NCBI GenBank assembly: GCA_021802505.1
Contig: JAJZXE010000002.1
Span: forward strand, 11,770 to 75,769
Reading direction: 5' to 3'
Length of the DNA: 64,000 nt
DNA from: Nanobdellota archaeon
Lineage (GTDB): Archaea; Nanobdellota; Nanobdellia; Parvarchaeales; Parvarchaeaceae
Shown here: positions 19,067 through 28,773 of the stretch, piece after piece
Layout of the letters: every line of letters begins with the position of its first letter
Numbering within the stretch: the stretch's first letter is position 1
The notes under the pieces: generated by a model
What the model was told of the DNA's origin: nothing
Database searches by the model: none
What the model saw: the letters and a program-made list of their open reading frames with translations, nothing else
Program-made: the position numbers and the translations under genes

Positions 19067-19113
19067 ATTACCGTTAAAAAGGTGATTATATTTATAAATA
19101 TCAGGCGGGTAAC

Positions 19114-19701
19114 TCAGCCCAAATCGCTTATTATCTCGTCTGTCGTTAAAACATCAAAAAGCTTTTTCATGTTCGCAGTGGATCTTTCATGCGCTTCTTT
19201 ATCGCTTGAAGAAGAGGCATCTGAGGCTACAACTGTATAAAAACCCCTGTTGGAGGAGTCTCTGGCGGTTGATTCGACGCCTACCTCGGTGGCTATTCCC
19301 GCTATGATCAGTGTTTCTATTCCGGCATTCCTTGCCATCAATTCAAAATTCGTGCCGATGAAAATACTTGCCGTATTTTTATTTATCACTATCTCGTTTT
19401 TATCCGGAGGTATTTCGAGTTCAAACATCTCCGCCGGCAGCCGGGAAAGATCGAATTTCAGTTTACCCAAAGAGTATTTTCTGGCCGGAGATTCAAATTC
19501 CTGCGGCAGGGGTGTTATCTTTGTGAAAAATACGGGTATTTTTTTACTCCTTGCGGTGTTGATGAGATTATTCATGTTTTTAAGAAATTCCTCTTTATTG
19601 TATATACTGTTAACAAGCATTTTCTGCACATCCCACACTATCAAGGCGGTGTGCTCTGCTTTCAGTATCTCATTCATTTTGGTGTAGACTTTCCTTTCCA
19701 T
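19114..19701 (-). CDS. Isochorismatase-family cysteine hydrolase
   Basis: 'TALIVWDVQ' and 'IETLIIAGIATEVGVESTARDSSNRGF' (catalytic Cys-to-Ala/Thr-type block) match the isochorismatase-like fold. Confidence 0.85.
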   Translation of the reverse strand: MERKVYTKMNEILKAEHTALIVWDVQKMLVNSIYNKEEFLKNMNNLINTARSKKIPVFFTKITPLPQEFESPARKYSLGKLKFDLSRLPAEMFELEIPPDKNEIVINKNTASIFIGTNFELMARNAGIETLIIAGIATEVGVESTARDSSNRGFYTVVASDASSSSDKEAHERSTANMKKLFDVLTTDEIISDLG

Positions 19702-19785
19702 TTATTGTATACAGAGGCTGGATTTAAAAATTTTTTGGTTAAATCTTCAAAGTTTTATAATAAAGCTTCCATATAATAATATCAG

Positions 19786-22503
19786 ATGGAACCGGATAAG
19801 AACATATTCATAAAGGCAAATCCCGGAACGGGTAAGACGACTTCTCTTGCTGACAGGGTTATAGAACTGATAAAAAGCGGCGTAAGCGAGAGGGAGATAC
19901 TCTGCCTGACGTTTACAAACAAGGCGGTGGATGAAATGTTTGATAAGATAAGCCTTAAACTGAAGGAAAACGGGATGGAGGGTTCAAGAATAAACGGACT
20001 TACAATCTCGACCTTTCACAGTTTTTGCAATCTTTATTTTTCAGAGCAGGGAAAGGAATATGATCTTGTAAGCAACAATTTCATCCGTTTTTCCATCTTC
20101 AAAAGCCTGGAAAACAACAGTGCATTCAACTATGAGAGGGATTACATCATACAGGAACTGATACCGAAAATAGAAAATTCCATAAGATACATAAAAAGTT
20201 TCGGCATAACCCCCGATTCTATAAACATAGAAAGAACAAAGGAGGATCTCATGAACAGATCATTCCTTGAGAATATGGGGGGAATATCGGTAAACGAAAT
20301 CCTCGCGTTTTTGGACTATTTTATAATTGCATTCAAGGACTATGAACGGGAAAAGGGGGAAAAAAGGATAGATTACAACGACCTTCTCAGCAGGTTTATA
20401 ATGGAATACGACCCGTTGAAGAAACATTACAGATATGTACTGGTAGATGAACTGCAGGATCTCAACGATGTGGAAGCAGAGATAGCCCGGCTAGTCGGGG
20501 ATTACCTGTTTCTCGTCGGAGACAGAAAACAGTCCATATTCGGTTTTCAGGGGGGCAGCCTTAAAAATTTCATAGAATTCCAGAAACTCCCCGATCTGGA
20601 AAGCCTGACAAAGGGATTAAACTACCGGAGTTACAGCGAGATTATTAAATATGCAAAGGAGTACTTTTTAAGAAAAACAAAGGATCCGAGTTACAAAGAG
20701 GAGCTAAACGAGTTTAAGGGAAACAAGGGAGAGGGCGGAAAAGTCACGGAGTTTGTCGGCAGCAATACCGACAACATAGCGGTCAAATTGGCCATAGATC
20801 TGACGCTGCAGGGCAGGAAAGCCGCAATAATAACAAGGACGAACGACCAGATAATAAGCATCTCCAGACTGCTTGATTCAAAAAACATAAAATATGCAAC
20901 GACTGCCAGCGCTTCCGTTTCAAAACGGGCGAAGAATGCGGTGATAGACTATCTGAAGGGCATATTTTACAGAGATGAAAAGGACGTGATAAAGGCCATC
21001 TTTACGCCGTTTTCCGGTGTACCGCTTAGAAAGGCCTTCGAAATAGAAGAAAGATACAGGAAAAAAGAGATCGGAATGGAAGAGATCAAGAGGCTTGCAA
21101 AACCTTTTTTTGACAGGATGGAATCCGCACTGGATGTCTACGGCGTTAACCGCCTTTTTAATGAAGTCATACTTCCGATCTCGGTGTCGCTTGACAACGA
21201 TTACTACATAAGCGCGGCGGCGATACTCGAAAACATCAATGATTACTTTGATAATAACGAAATCCCGAATTTCAACGATATACTTGTGTATCTTTATGCT
21301 GCGGAGGACAGTTATGAATCAAACGACCAGAAGGAAAATCTCATACTTACAACGGTGCACAAGTCAAAGGGCCTGGAATTTGACAATGTCGTATACGTAC
21401 CGAAAAAACAGAACAATAAGACGAGTTTTATAGATCTCGTAACCAACTCCATAATAAAACAGGTGAAGGATATAGACGTAAAGGAGGAGCTTCTTGAGGA
21501 GGGGATAAGGGTCGATTTCGTCGCATTTACACGCGCAAAGGAAAGCTTATTTATTGCCGTAAACCCCGCACTCTCGGAGGATTACTATATAGAAGGGCTG
21601 GCGGAAAGGGTTTTTGAAGAGATAGAAGACGAGCCCGCTCCGTACAAGAAAAGATACGAGGAGGCTTATTCCATGTTTGTCAATAAAAAATACGAGGAGG
21701 CCAAAGCATTGCTGACAGACAACGATAAATGGCTTATGGACCGGGTGCGCAGTTACTTTGACGGTAAGTTGAGAACGATATCTTTCTCGCTTCTGGATTC
21801 GCTTTCGGACCCTCTTAATTTCATAAAAAGGGATGTTCTGGGCATAAAAGAAAGAACAAAAAGCACGGAATTCGGATCAAAGGCGCACAAACTGGCAGAG
21901 GAGTACTTTAAGGGGAAGATAAAAGAGGAAGAATTAAACGAGGATGAAAAGAAGGTATTCGGAAACATAAAAAACATAATAGAAGAGATAAATGCAAAGT
22001 ACAATTCGCAGGAGATAGAGGCGGAAAAAACAATAGATATGCCGCTGAGCGCAGTTTTTCCCGAAATAAAGGCAGATTTGAGGATGACGGCAAAACTCGA
22101 CGCCGTGTTCCTTAATAAAGCCAGGAACAGACTGCTGATAATAGACTTTAAGACCGACAGATCGGAGGAACAGGGATCAAAACACAGAAGGCAGCTCGCA
22201 CTCTACAGAAGGATGCTTGCACTCGAAAACAAAACCGATGAAAAGGAAGTCGATACCGCGATAGCCTACATAAACCTGACCGGAAAGATAAACACCGGAA
22301 AATTCACGTATAAACTGGATACGCAGAAGGTAAAGGACTCGCAGATAGAGACGATTGAAAAATACATTTTACAGCTGGTTGAATACATCAATGATCCTTC
22401 CAAACTGGTTGAAAATGCGATAAAGAAGTATTACTATTCAGACAGCTTAAGCGATGAGATATTCAAAAAACTGAAGGAAGAATACGCAAACCACGGTGTA
22501 TGA
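19786..22503 (+). CDS. UvrD/PcrA-family helicase fused to a C-terminal RecB-family (PD-(D/E)xK) nuclease domain
   Basis: Walker A 'ANPGTGKTTSL', motif Ia 'ILCLTFTNKAVDEM', motif II 'VLVDELQDLN', 'RQSIFGFQG', motif V/VI 'TVHKSKGLEFDNV'. C-terminal 'LDAVFLNK...LLIIDFKTD' matches the RecB nuclease motif hh(D/E)YK(T/S). Confidence 0.8.
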   Translation: MEPDKNIFIKANPGTGKTTSLADRVIELIKSGVSEREILCLTFTNKAVDEMFDKISLKLKENGMEGSRINGLTISTFHSFCNLYFSEQGKEYDLVSNNFIRFSIFKSLENNSAFNYERDYIIQELIPKIENSIRYIKSFGITPDSINIERTKEDLMNRSFLENMGGISVNEILAFLDYFIIAFKDYEREKGEKRIDYNDLLSRFIMEYDPLKKHYRYVLVDELQDLNDVEAEIARLVGDYLFLVGDRKQSIFGFQGGSLKNFIEFQKLPDLESLTKGLNYRSYSEIIKYAKEYFLRKTKDPSYKEELNEFKGNKGEGGKVTEFVGSNTDNIAVKLAIDLTLQGRKAAIITRTNDQIISISRLLDSKNIKYATTASASVSKRAKNAVIDYLKGIFYRDEKDVIKAIFTPFSGVPLRKAFEIEERYRKKEIGMEEIKRLAKPFFDRMESALDVYGVNRLFNEVILPISVSLDNDYYISAAAILENINDYFDNNEIPNFNDILVYLYAAEDSYESNDQKENLILTTVHKSKGLEFDNVVYVPKKQNNKTSFIDLVTNSIIKQVKDIDVKEELLEEGIRVDFVAFTRAKESLFIAVNPALSEDYYIEGLAERVFEEIEDEPAPYKKRYEEAYSMFVNKKYEEAKALLTDNDKWLMDRVRSYFDGKLRTISFSLLDSLSDPLNFIKRDVLGIKERTKSTEFGSKAHKLAEEYFKGKIKEEELNEDEKKVFGNIKNIIEEINAKYNSQEIEAEKTIDMPLSAVFPEIKADLRMTAKLDAVFLNKARNRLLIIDFKTDRSEEQGSKHRRQLALYRRMLALENKTDEKEVDTAIAYINLTGKINTGKFTYKLDTQKVKDSQIETIEKYILQLVEYINDPSKLVENAIKKYYYSDSLSDEIFKKLKEEYANHGV

Positions 22504-22694
22504 TAGGAAAGGAAGACGTTTTCTACGCCTTTTTTGCCGGAATAGCGTCATTTTTAAGCGCGTTTATATTGATATTTCTTGCCGTTCCCTCGTACTTTCA
22601 GAACGACCCGTCAATTTTTTCCATAACGATTGTTATTGTTATGGAGGTTACCGTGTTCTTTTCCCTGTTTTTCATTATGAGGAAAAAGCATTAA
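22500..22694 (+). CDS. Small 2-TM membrane protein (candidate only)
   Basis: 64 aa. Its start overlaps the helicase-nuclease stop (ATGA, 'gtATGAtag'). Two hydrophobic helices. Confidence 0.25.
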   Translation: MIGKEDVFYAFFAGIASFLSAFILIFLAVPSYFQNDPSIFSITIVIVMEVTVFFSLFFIMRKKH

Positions 22695-23242
22695 TCTTCA
22701 TTTAGATAGTCTTTTATCCTGTTTATCCCGTATTTTGCGCCATTGACCGTTTTATTTTTTAAACCGCTAAAGTATGTTTTAACCCTGTTATCTCCTTCAT
22801 CATCCATGTATCTCTTGAAATCGCTGCCGGCATCGGATAAATAACCGGAGAGTTTGCCCATCCCAGAGTATGCCTTTTCACCGATGTTATAAAACAGATT
22901 TTTTAATTTGGAGGCATGTCCCGGATCTCCGGAATCAAAGAATTTCTCCATCCCGTATTTTTTAGCGAGGCTGTTCCATGCCGCTTTGTTGTATTCGCTC
23001 AGAAGCTTCTTTTCGCGCTCAGAACTTATCTCGCCAATTTTACTACCGACAAAATAGATAAGATCTGTAGGGGTGTACTGTTTTATGTTTTTTACGAAGT
23101 AATTCGCATACTTTTCAAACTGGTTTTCTTTTATACTGTCAAGGCCTTTTATCCTTTCAAACGTGTTGTACAGTCCGTAAAACCCGCTGTTCCCCACGCT
23201 TTTCGTGCGGTTTTCATTTTTCAAAAGATCATTCAATTTCAT
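22691..23242 (-). CDS. Hypothetical protein
   Basis: 183-aa soluble ORF. No motif recognised. Confidence 0.35.
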   Translation of the reverse strand: MKLNDLLKNENRTKSVGNSGFYGLYNTFERIKGLDSIKENQFEKYANYFVKNIKQYTPTDLIYFVGSKIGEISSEREKKLLSEYNKAAWNSLAKKYGMEKFFDSGDPGHASKLKNLFYNIGEKAYSGMGKLSGYLSDAGSDFKRYMDDEGDNRVKTYFSGLKNKTVNGAKYGINRIKDYLNED

Positions 23243-23308
23243 ATTTTTACCTCCTTTTGTTTATTAGACTGCAGGTAGTATTTAAACTTTTCTATCACTT
23301 AAAAGTGA

Positions 23309-24754
23309 TTACTTTTTAATATAACTTGCTGCGTTTTCATTTCCTCTAGTAAGTGACAGTAAGGCCGCAATGACAAGCATTGCGATTAAGAATATAAAAG
23401 AAAAATGCATTCCCTTGACAAAACTTGTCGTTACTCCTCCTATCAATTTGGAAGTGCCCACGAATATTTCGAACGCAAGGTAGCGCGGAATGGCCAGAGT
23501 AGCGGTCACTATTACAATAATAAAGCTTCCCATTATCCCTATGCTGCCGAACAAACGCAGTATACCCGAGGCCGTTCCAAATCTTCCGGCCTCGCTGCTT
23601 TTCATCACGGCGCTGTTATTCGCGGGCCAGAACATTGCTCCGCCGAAGCCTGTTATGGCCGAACCTATTAAAACTATATATACAGTGGAATTGGCGGTCA
23701 ATGCAAAGTATACCAGAATTCCGAGGATCATGATAAATAAACCGAGGGTGGCCAACAGTCTCGCACCGTATCTGTCCGAAAATCTGCCCATAAAAGGAGA
23801 AAGCACTCCGCTTAAAACATAACCGGGAAGGAGCAGCAAAGAAGCGGAAAACGGACTCAGCCCTCTTACTCCCTGCAGATACATTATGAGCATGAAGGCC
23901 ACACCCATGAAACCGAGGCCCTGAAACATCGAAGCCAAAACTGAATTTCTAAACACTTTGTTTTTGAACATGCCAAGTTTTATCACGGGATTCGCAAATA
24001 TTTTCTCCCTGAAATAAAACGGCAGCAACAGAAGAAAACCGACTACTAATACCAGGATATTCAGAAGATTCATCCCAACGGATGCTATTCTTACGCCGGA
24101 ATAAAGGATTGCGGACAGGGATACACCCAACAGGAGCATTCCTATTAAGTCTAATTTTTCCTTCTCCCTTGAATTGTCTTTGATGTATTTCAGCGCAAGA
24201 ACAAAAAGGACCAGACCTATCGGTACGTTTATGAAAAATATGTATCTATAGCCTATAAACGTGGTTATCACCCCTCCCAGGACTATACCGAGCATCGCTC
24301 CGACATTCCAGCCCATACCCGTGAAACCATATGCTTTTCCAAGTTTTTCCCTCCGGAAAGTGTCGGCTATTATTGCACCGCTGTTGGATGCCATCATCGC
24401 ACCGCCCAGGGCCTGGAAACCGCGGAATATGATGAGAGTTATGTCTGTAGGAGCGATCCCGCACATAAATGAAAAAACGGTGAATACTGCGATTCCTGAA
24501 TTGAATATTCTGGCTCTTCCAAACAAATCACCTATCCTTCCAAACTGGGTTGCGGCAACCGCAGTTACTAGCATATATATAAGAATCACCCAGATTATCG
24601 TGGAGAGGTTGGAGTGCAGTGCCTGGGTTATGGCCGGGAAAGCCAGAAGAACTATGGTGGAATCGATTGAAGCCATCAGGATTCCGATGACAAGCACTGT
24701 CAGTATGAGGTTTTCATTCTTAAAGCCGCTCCTAACGTAAGCATTTTTTATCAT
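23309..24754 (-). CDS. MFS transporter, DHA2-like (14 TM) drug/metabolite:H+ antiporter
   Basis: 14 predicted TM helices. 'QFGRIGDLFGRARIF' matches the MFS motif A position. Confidence 0.8.
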   Translation of the reverse strand: MIKNAYVRSGFKNENLILTVLVIGILMASIDSTIVLLAFPAITQALHSNLSTIIWVILIYMLVTAVAATQFGRIGDLFGRARIFNSGIAVFTVFSFMCGIAPTDITLIIFRGFQALGGAMMASNSGAIIADTFRREKLGKAYGFTGMGWNVGAMLGIVLGGVITTFIGYRYIFFINVPIGLVLFVLALKYIKDNSREKEKLDLIGMLLLGVSLSAILYSGVRIASVGMNLLNILVLVVGFLLLLPFYFREKIFANPVIKLGMFKNKVFRNSVLASMFQGLGFMGVAFMLIMYLQGVRGLSPFSASLLLLPGYVLSGVLSPFMGRFSDRYGARLLATLGLFIMILGILVYFALTANSTVYIVLIGSAITGFGGAMFWPANNSAVMKSSEAGRFGTASGILRLFGSIGIMGSFIIVIVTATLAIPRYLAFEIFVGTSKLIGGVTTSFVKGMHFSFIFLIAMLVIAALLSLTRGNENAASYIKK

Positions 24755-24857
24755 AAGTCTAAGTAAAGCATATCGTTTTTAGATATCTCTTAATGATATA
24801 TTTTATATATAAATATTTCCAACGGACAACCGTAAAATGCACTTTTGGAATAAAATC

Positions 24858-25322
24858 TCATTTAAGCAGGTTTTCCAGGTTATCTATCGTCTGATTGACC
24901 ACGTCATTCACGGCCTGCTGCATGACATCATTTCCGAAAAGTTTCGCCATCTTGCCCAGTTCTATATCTGCTTTCCATGTTACCGCCGTTGAATTGTCCT
25001 GCTTGTCCAGATCTATATATAGGCTTAAAGTGAATTTCAGACCGATTGTAGAGCCGGTTCCCTGTATAAGAACATGCTTGTTTTCCTGTTTTTCCTTTAA
25101 ATCGGCGGAGAATTTTATGTTCAGACTGGAAAGGTAACCTGCTCCCAGGAACTTGGCCGTATATTTCTTTGCATCCGCCTTGAACTGCAGCTGGAAACTA
25201 TCCCCGTTTACTTCCGTTGAAGTTACGTTCGGCAGACACTTTGCGAATTCGTTTGCATCGGACACTATCCCCCATACCTTTTCAACATGGGAATCTATCT
25301 TAAAATTACCGTTCAATTCCAT
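24858..25322 (-). CDS. SRPBCC / CoxG-like ligand-binding domain protein
   Basis: Using the internal start 'MELNGNFKIDSHVEKVWGIVSDANEFAKCLPNV', the size (about 155 aa) and alternating beta pattern resemble the CoxG/polyketide-cyclase fold. Weak. Confidence 0.4.
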   Translation of the reverse strand: MELNGNFKIDSHVEKVWGIVSDANEFAKCLPNVTSTEVNGDSFQLQFKADAKKYTAKFLGAGYLSSLNIKFSADLKEKQENKHVLIQGTGSTIGLKFTLSLYIDLDKQDNSTAVTWKADIELGKMAKLFGNDVMQQAVNDVVNQTIDNLENLLK

Positions 25323-25323
25323 G

Positions 25324-26631
25324 TCAGTTAAACAGCTCCCTTGAGTACAGTATATCCAGCGTATTGGAGTAGACATCCGAGTAGGTCTTGCCATTCGATT
25401 CGTTCATCAGCTCTGCAAGCAGATTTTTGTCCAGCCTGAGGGACTTCGACATCTCTTCTATGTTTTCCCTGCTGATCTCGGGCCAAAACAGCTTTATTTT
25501 ATCGGTTTTTGAATCCTGCTTTACATTCATCTTATCCGAAACAAAATCACCTATTTCTTTGGCCATTATCCTGGAGGTGCTCAGCTTGCCGCCTACGATG
25601 CTGATTAAATTATTTATGTTATCGCTATCGGAATGATCAAATATCCTGAAGTCCCTGCTTGCCTTCCTGCTATCCGTATCCTCTCCCGCAGAAATTAAAG
25701 GCCGAACACCCGCATAATACCTGTAAACAGGATAATTTGCAAGCACCGGAATCATCTCGCTGCCGGCCTTGTGCAGAAAGTTTATGTCGTCCTTGTCAAT
25801 TTCAAAGTTTTCCGGGTCATCGACTATAAACGCTGTAGTGCCTATAATAGAATCGTTAAAGAACGGTACGACTATATCTCCGTCGGAAGGGTCCCTTAAC
25901 CGGTTTATTATGTTTTTGGTGAACCGCCTGTTTATTACGGCCATGGTACCCGCTGACAGTATCATATCTATGCTGTTGATACCTAGTTTATCGCCTACAA
26001 GCCGGGATGCCCATGCCCCTCCCGCGTTAATTATCAGGTCTGCCCTGATTTCGCCGGTTTCGCCGGTGGAATTGTTTTTTAATTTAATGCCCTTTACATC
26101 TTTCCCTTCCTTTATAAAATCCGTCACTTCTGTGTTAAGATACACCTTTGCCGTTTCCCTCCTGGCGGTTAAAAGCAGGCTGGTTATAAACCTGAAGGAA
26201 TTGATGGTTTTATCAGGGACCCTGTAGGCAACTTTCACATCCTTGTTTATAAACGGCTCTTCTCTTAATACCGCAGCGGTATCAAGTTTTTCAATTGGTA
26301 TTCCCGCAGAACTGCAGCCTTTTTCGAACTTGCCCTGGAAGGATATATCTTCATCATTTAACGCTACAAACAATCCGCCTGTATTTTCAACGCAAAAAGG
26401 AGCTATCTCGGATATAACTCTGTTGTCTGTTATACTTTCCTGTGCGGCCCTAACGTCGTTCATTGCATACCGCGCGCCGCTGTGCAGCATACCGTGAAAT
26501 CTGCCGCTGGTTCCGCCGATTATGTTGCCTTTTTCAACGACCATGACGTCAAACCCCCTGCTCGCCAGGTCATGGGTTATAAAAGAACCGGTAGAGCCGG
26601 CACCGATCACGATTACCTTATTCTCAGCCAT
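25324..26631 (-). CDS. FAD-dependent glycerol-3-phosphate dehydrogenase (GlpA-like)
   Basis: 'KVIVIGAGSTGSFITHDLASRGFDVMVVEKGNIIGGTSGRFHGMLHSGARYA' closely parallels the GlpA N-terminus (GxGxxG, 'GTSGRNHGLLHSGARY'). Confidence 0.75.
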   Translation of the reverse strand: MAENKVIVIGAGSTGSFITHDLASRGFDVMVVEKGNIIGGTSGRFHGMLHSGARYAMNDVRAAQESITDNRVISEIAPFCVENTGGLFVALNDEDISFQGKFEKGCSSAGIPIEKLDTAAVLREEPFINKDVKVAYRVPDKTINSFRFITSLLLTARRETAKVYLNTEVTDFIKEGKDVKGIKLKNNSTGETGEIRADLIINAGGAWASRLVGDKLGINSIDMILSAGTMAVINRRFTKNIINRLRDPSDGDIVVPFFNDSIIGTTAFIVDDPENFEIDKDDINFLHKAGSEMIPVLANYPVYRYYAGVRPLISAGEDTDSRKASRDFRIFDHSDSDNINNLISIVGGKLSTSRIMAKEIGDFVSDKMNVKQDSKTDKIKLFWPEISRENIEEMSKSLRLDKNLLAELMNESNGKTYSDVYSNTLDILYSRELFN

Positions 26632-26707
26632 AATCTATACTAAACAAAGGAAAGTTAAATACATTGGTTATTTTGTATTTTACACGGCAAATAAAAAAAG
26701 AAACGGA

Positions 26708-27412
26708 TTACTTGTTTCCACGCTTGTCAGCGAATCTATTCTTAAGGTAGTGCATGCCAAGGTAGACTCCTGTTAATGTGGACAATACGGATGCTCCCGC
26801 ATATCCCAGAGTAGAGAGAGGTGCCCCGTACAATGTACCGTCTATCACAGACAGCAGCGACCCCAAACCGGCATAAGCCCCCGCACCCAAAAAGCCTGCA
26901 GATAAAAGAGCCATCTTGTATCTATTGCCCGCATACTCACCGCTATCATTGACTTTAAAATTCTTCAAATGAATGTAGGATCTGGCGGCGATTCCTCCGA
27001 CTACCAAAGAGCCGGCCGCTGCAAATATACCAAGAGTGTTATTTGGTCCTCCGGATATTCCTAAGCTATACAGTAGATGGGAAACAGTGTGAAAATAAGG
27101 ATTGTTAGTTACGATGTTTAAGATGGATTCATGACTTCCTGTTTTGTACGAAACGCCAGTGGGTGTGTTTACGGCTCCTATGTCATTTAGCCTGTCCAAT
27201 ACATCAGCCTCGGTCATTGCGGCACCGGCACTTAATCCAAGTATACCAAGCAGATGTTTTGTCCTGATAAAACACCCTGTCTTTCTGCAAGGAGTATGCC
27301 CGTTTCCAGAAGTTTTATCGTTCCTCGACGTGGCAGCGTAGTACTCGACGACCTTGTCTATGCTGCTCATGGCATTGTCGTTTGTGTCAACTATCTTATC
27401 GAGCTTTTTCAT
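26708..27412 (-). CDS. Glycine-rich membrane protein
   Basis: The C-terminal two-thirds is made of Gly/Ala/Leu-rich TM segments ('LLSAGFLGAGAYAGLGSLLSVIDGTLYGAPLSTLGYAGASVLSTLTGVYLG'). Confidence 0.4.
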   Translation of the reverse strand: MKKLDKIVDTNDNAMSSIDKVVEYYAATSRNDKTSGNGHTPCRKTGCFIRTKHLLGILGLSAGAAMTEADVLDRLNDIGAVNTPTGVSYKTGSHESILNIVTNNPYFHTVSHLLYSLGISGGPNNTLGIFAAAGSLVVGGIAARSYIHLKNFKVNDSGEYAGNRYKMALLSAGFLGAGAYAGLGSLLSVIDGTLYGAPLSTLGYAGASVLSTLTGVYLGMHYLKNRFADKRGNK

Positions 27413-27424
27413 ACTTAATATCTT

Positions 27425-27781
27425 TTATTTTTCCTCGTAAATGTGTTCACCCATCTCGGATGGTTTTCCAACATAAAAATGACCCTCGTTTATTTTTTCA
27501 TCGAGCGTAGTGTATTTCGCATCCGAAAATTTCTTCCTATTTGTGGAAGTGACATCCATATTTTTATGTTTATGGGCATAATGCAGTGATAGACATGCAA
27601 ATGCTGTTCCAAATCCCGAGGATACCGCGGAATAAAGCGCGTTATTCTCGAGTATACAGCCTGCTGTCAGCACGTAGTATATCGCGGACATCGAACCCCA
27701 CAGGGCTATATCCTTTAAATAATCGGTTTTTTCCCCTGCTGTAGTGTTGTTAGCAATCTCATCTAATTTTTTCCCGTTCAT
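27425..27781 (-). CDS. Small membrane protein
   Basis: 118 aa with 2 TM. Immediately upstream of the Gly-rich membrane protein on the same strand. Confidence 0.35.
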   Translation of the reverse strand: MNGKKLDEIANNTTAGEKTDYLKDIALWGSMSAIYYVLTAGCILENNALYSAVSSGFGTAFACLSLHYAHKHKNMDVTSTNRKKFSDAKYTTLDEKINEGHFYVGKPSEMGEHIYEEK

Positions 27782-27981
27782 ATTTTCACCTTTAAATTAT
27801 TGTTTTTATAATAGATTCTATCTGTTTACTTATTGTAAAGTAATGAATATACTAATATTTAAAGCTTTTACATGCCTTCTCACAGAGCTAGCATATTCTG
27901 CACTGATTGGATGACAGGGGCTTTCTACCGGCATTTCCGTAATATAAAATGTATTAATATTCTCTACATTCTTAATAAAAT

Positions 27982-28773
27982 ATGCGAAAAGTATTAAACG
28001 TGGGAGTTATAAATATAAATACTGTCCATCCGGTATATTCAAGTCTTGAAAAAACCCTGGGTATCATAGAAAAAAACAAATACTCTGGTTTAGACATTCT
28101 AATGGGTCCGGAATGGGGATTAATGAACAATAACGTAGCAAATGAAAGACCTCACTCTCCAGCGGAATTCAAAGATATCCTTGCTAAGATAAAGGATGCG
28201 AGCAGATACTCTAATACGCTTATAATCCCGGGCACGGCGGTCATACATACAAAAGAGAACAAAATGTACAATATTCTGCCGGTCTTCTACAAAGGACAGG
28301 TCATTTTCTCGACGATAAAAAAAGCGGACGGCGGCACGTCATTCTTCGATATAAACCACAACTATGAACTGATAGGAAAGGATTACCAGATAAGGAATAC
28401 ATTCTACTGGAAGGGGATGAAGATAGGGATAGAAATATGTGCGGACTCAGACACTTTGCATGAACAGGGGGAAAACAATCTAAATATCCAGATCTTAAGT
28501 TCGAGCGGAGTGCGTAATACTACTCTTGCAATAAAGGAAAACGGCTACCTTATATGCGCGGACGGAAACCGTTCTGCCGGCAGAAAAGTCTATGTAATCA
28601 GAAAAAGCACGGACCAAAGTGATGTGAATGTGTTCACGTATATGGATTTACTTAAATCAAATGACTATACTGCAATCAGCGGTGCTCCATTCGAATTTTT
28701 GCCGGTAGAGAAAAAACATCAGAATATGAATGTATATCGGATAGAGATGGAACTAAACGATGATATTCCTTAG
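27982..28773 (+). CDS. Carbon-nitrogen hydrolase-like protein, paralog 2
   Basis: 'DILMGPEWGL', 'IGIEICADSD' and 'NNLNIQILSSSG' are shared, block for block, with 14686-15555. Confidence 0.5.
   Translation: MRKVLNVGVININTVHPVYSSLEKTLGIIEKNKYSGLDILMGPEWGLMNNNVANERPHSPAEFKDILAKIKDASRYSNTLIIPGTAVIHTKENKMYNILPVFYKGQVIFSTIKKADGGTSFFDINHNYELIGKDYQIRNTFYWKGMKIGIEICADSDTLHEQGENNLNIQILSSSGVRNTTLAIKENGYLICADGNRSAGRKVYVIRKSTDQSDVNVFTYMDLLKSNDYTAISGAPFEFLPVEKKHQNMNVYRIEMELNDDIP

Noticed and set aside
22496-22705. Alternative 69-aa ORF (22496-22705) overlapping the 64-aa membrane ORF in another frame
   Set aside because: Its translation is Arg/Cys-rich with no hydrophobic segment. The 22500 frame gives a clean 2-TM protein with ATGA coupling, so only that frame is kept, and only as a low-confidence candidate.
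25324-25394. N-terminal 24-aa extension of the CoxG-like ORF that would overlap the glpA-like gene end
   Set aside because: The extension ('MARPTRMSTPIRWIYCTQGSCLTD') has no Met context and would overlap the upstream gene by 70 bp. The internal 'MELNGNF' start at 25322 abuts the glpA-like stop cleanly.
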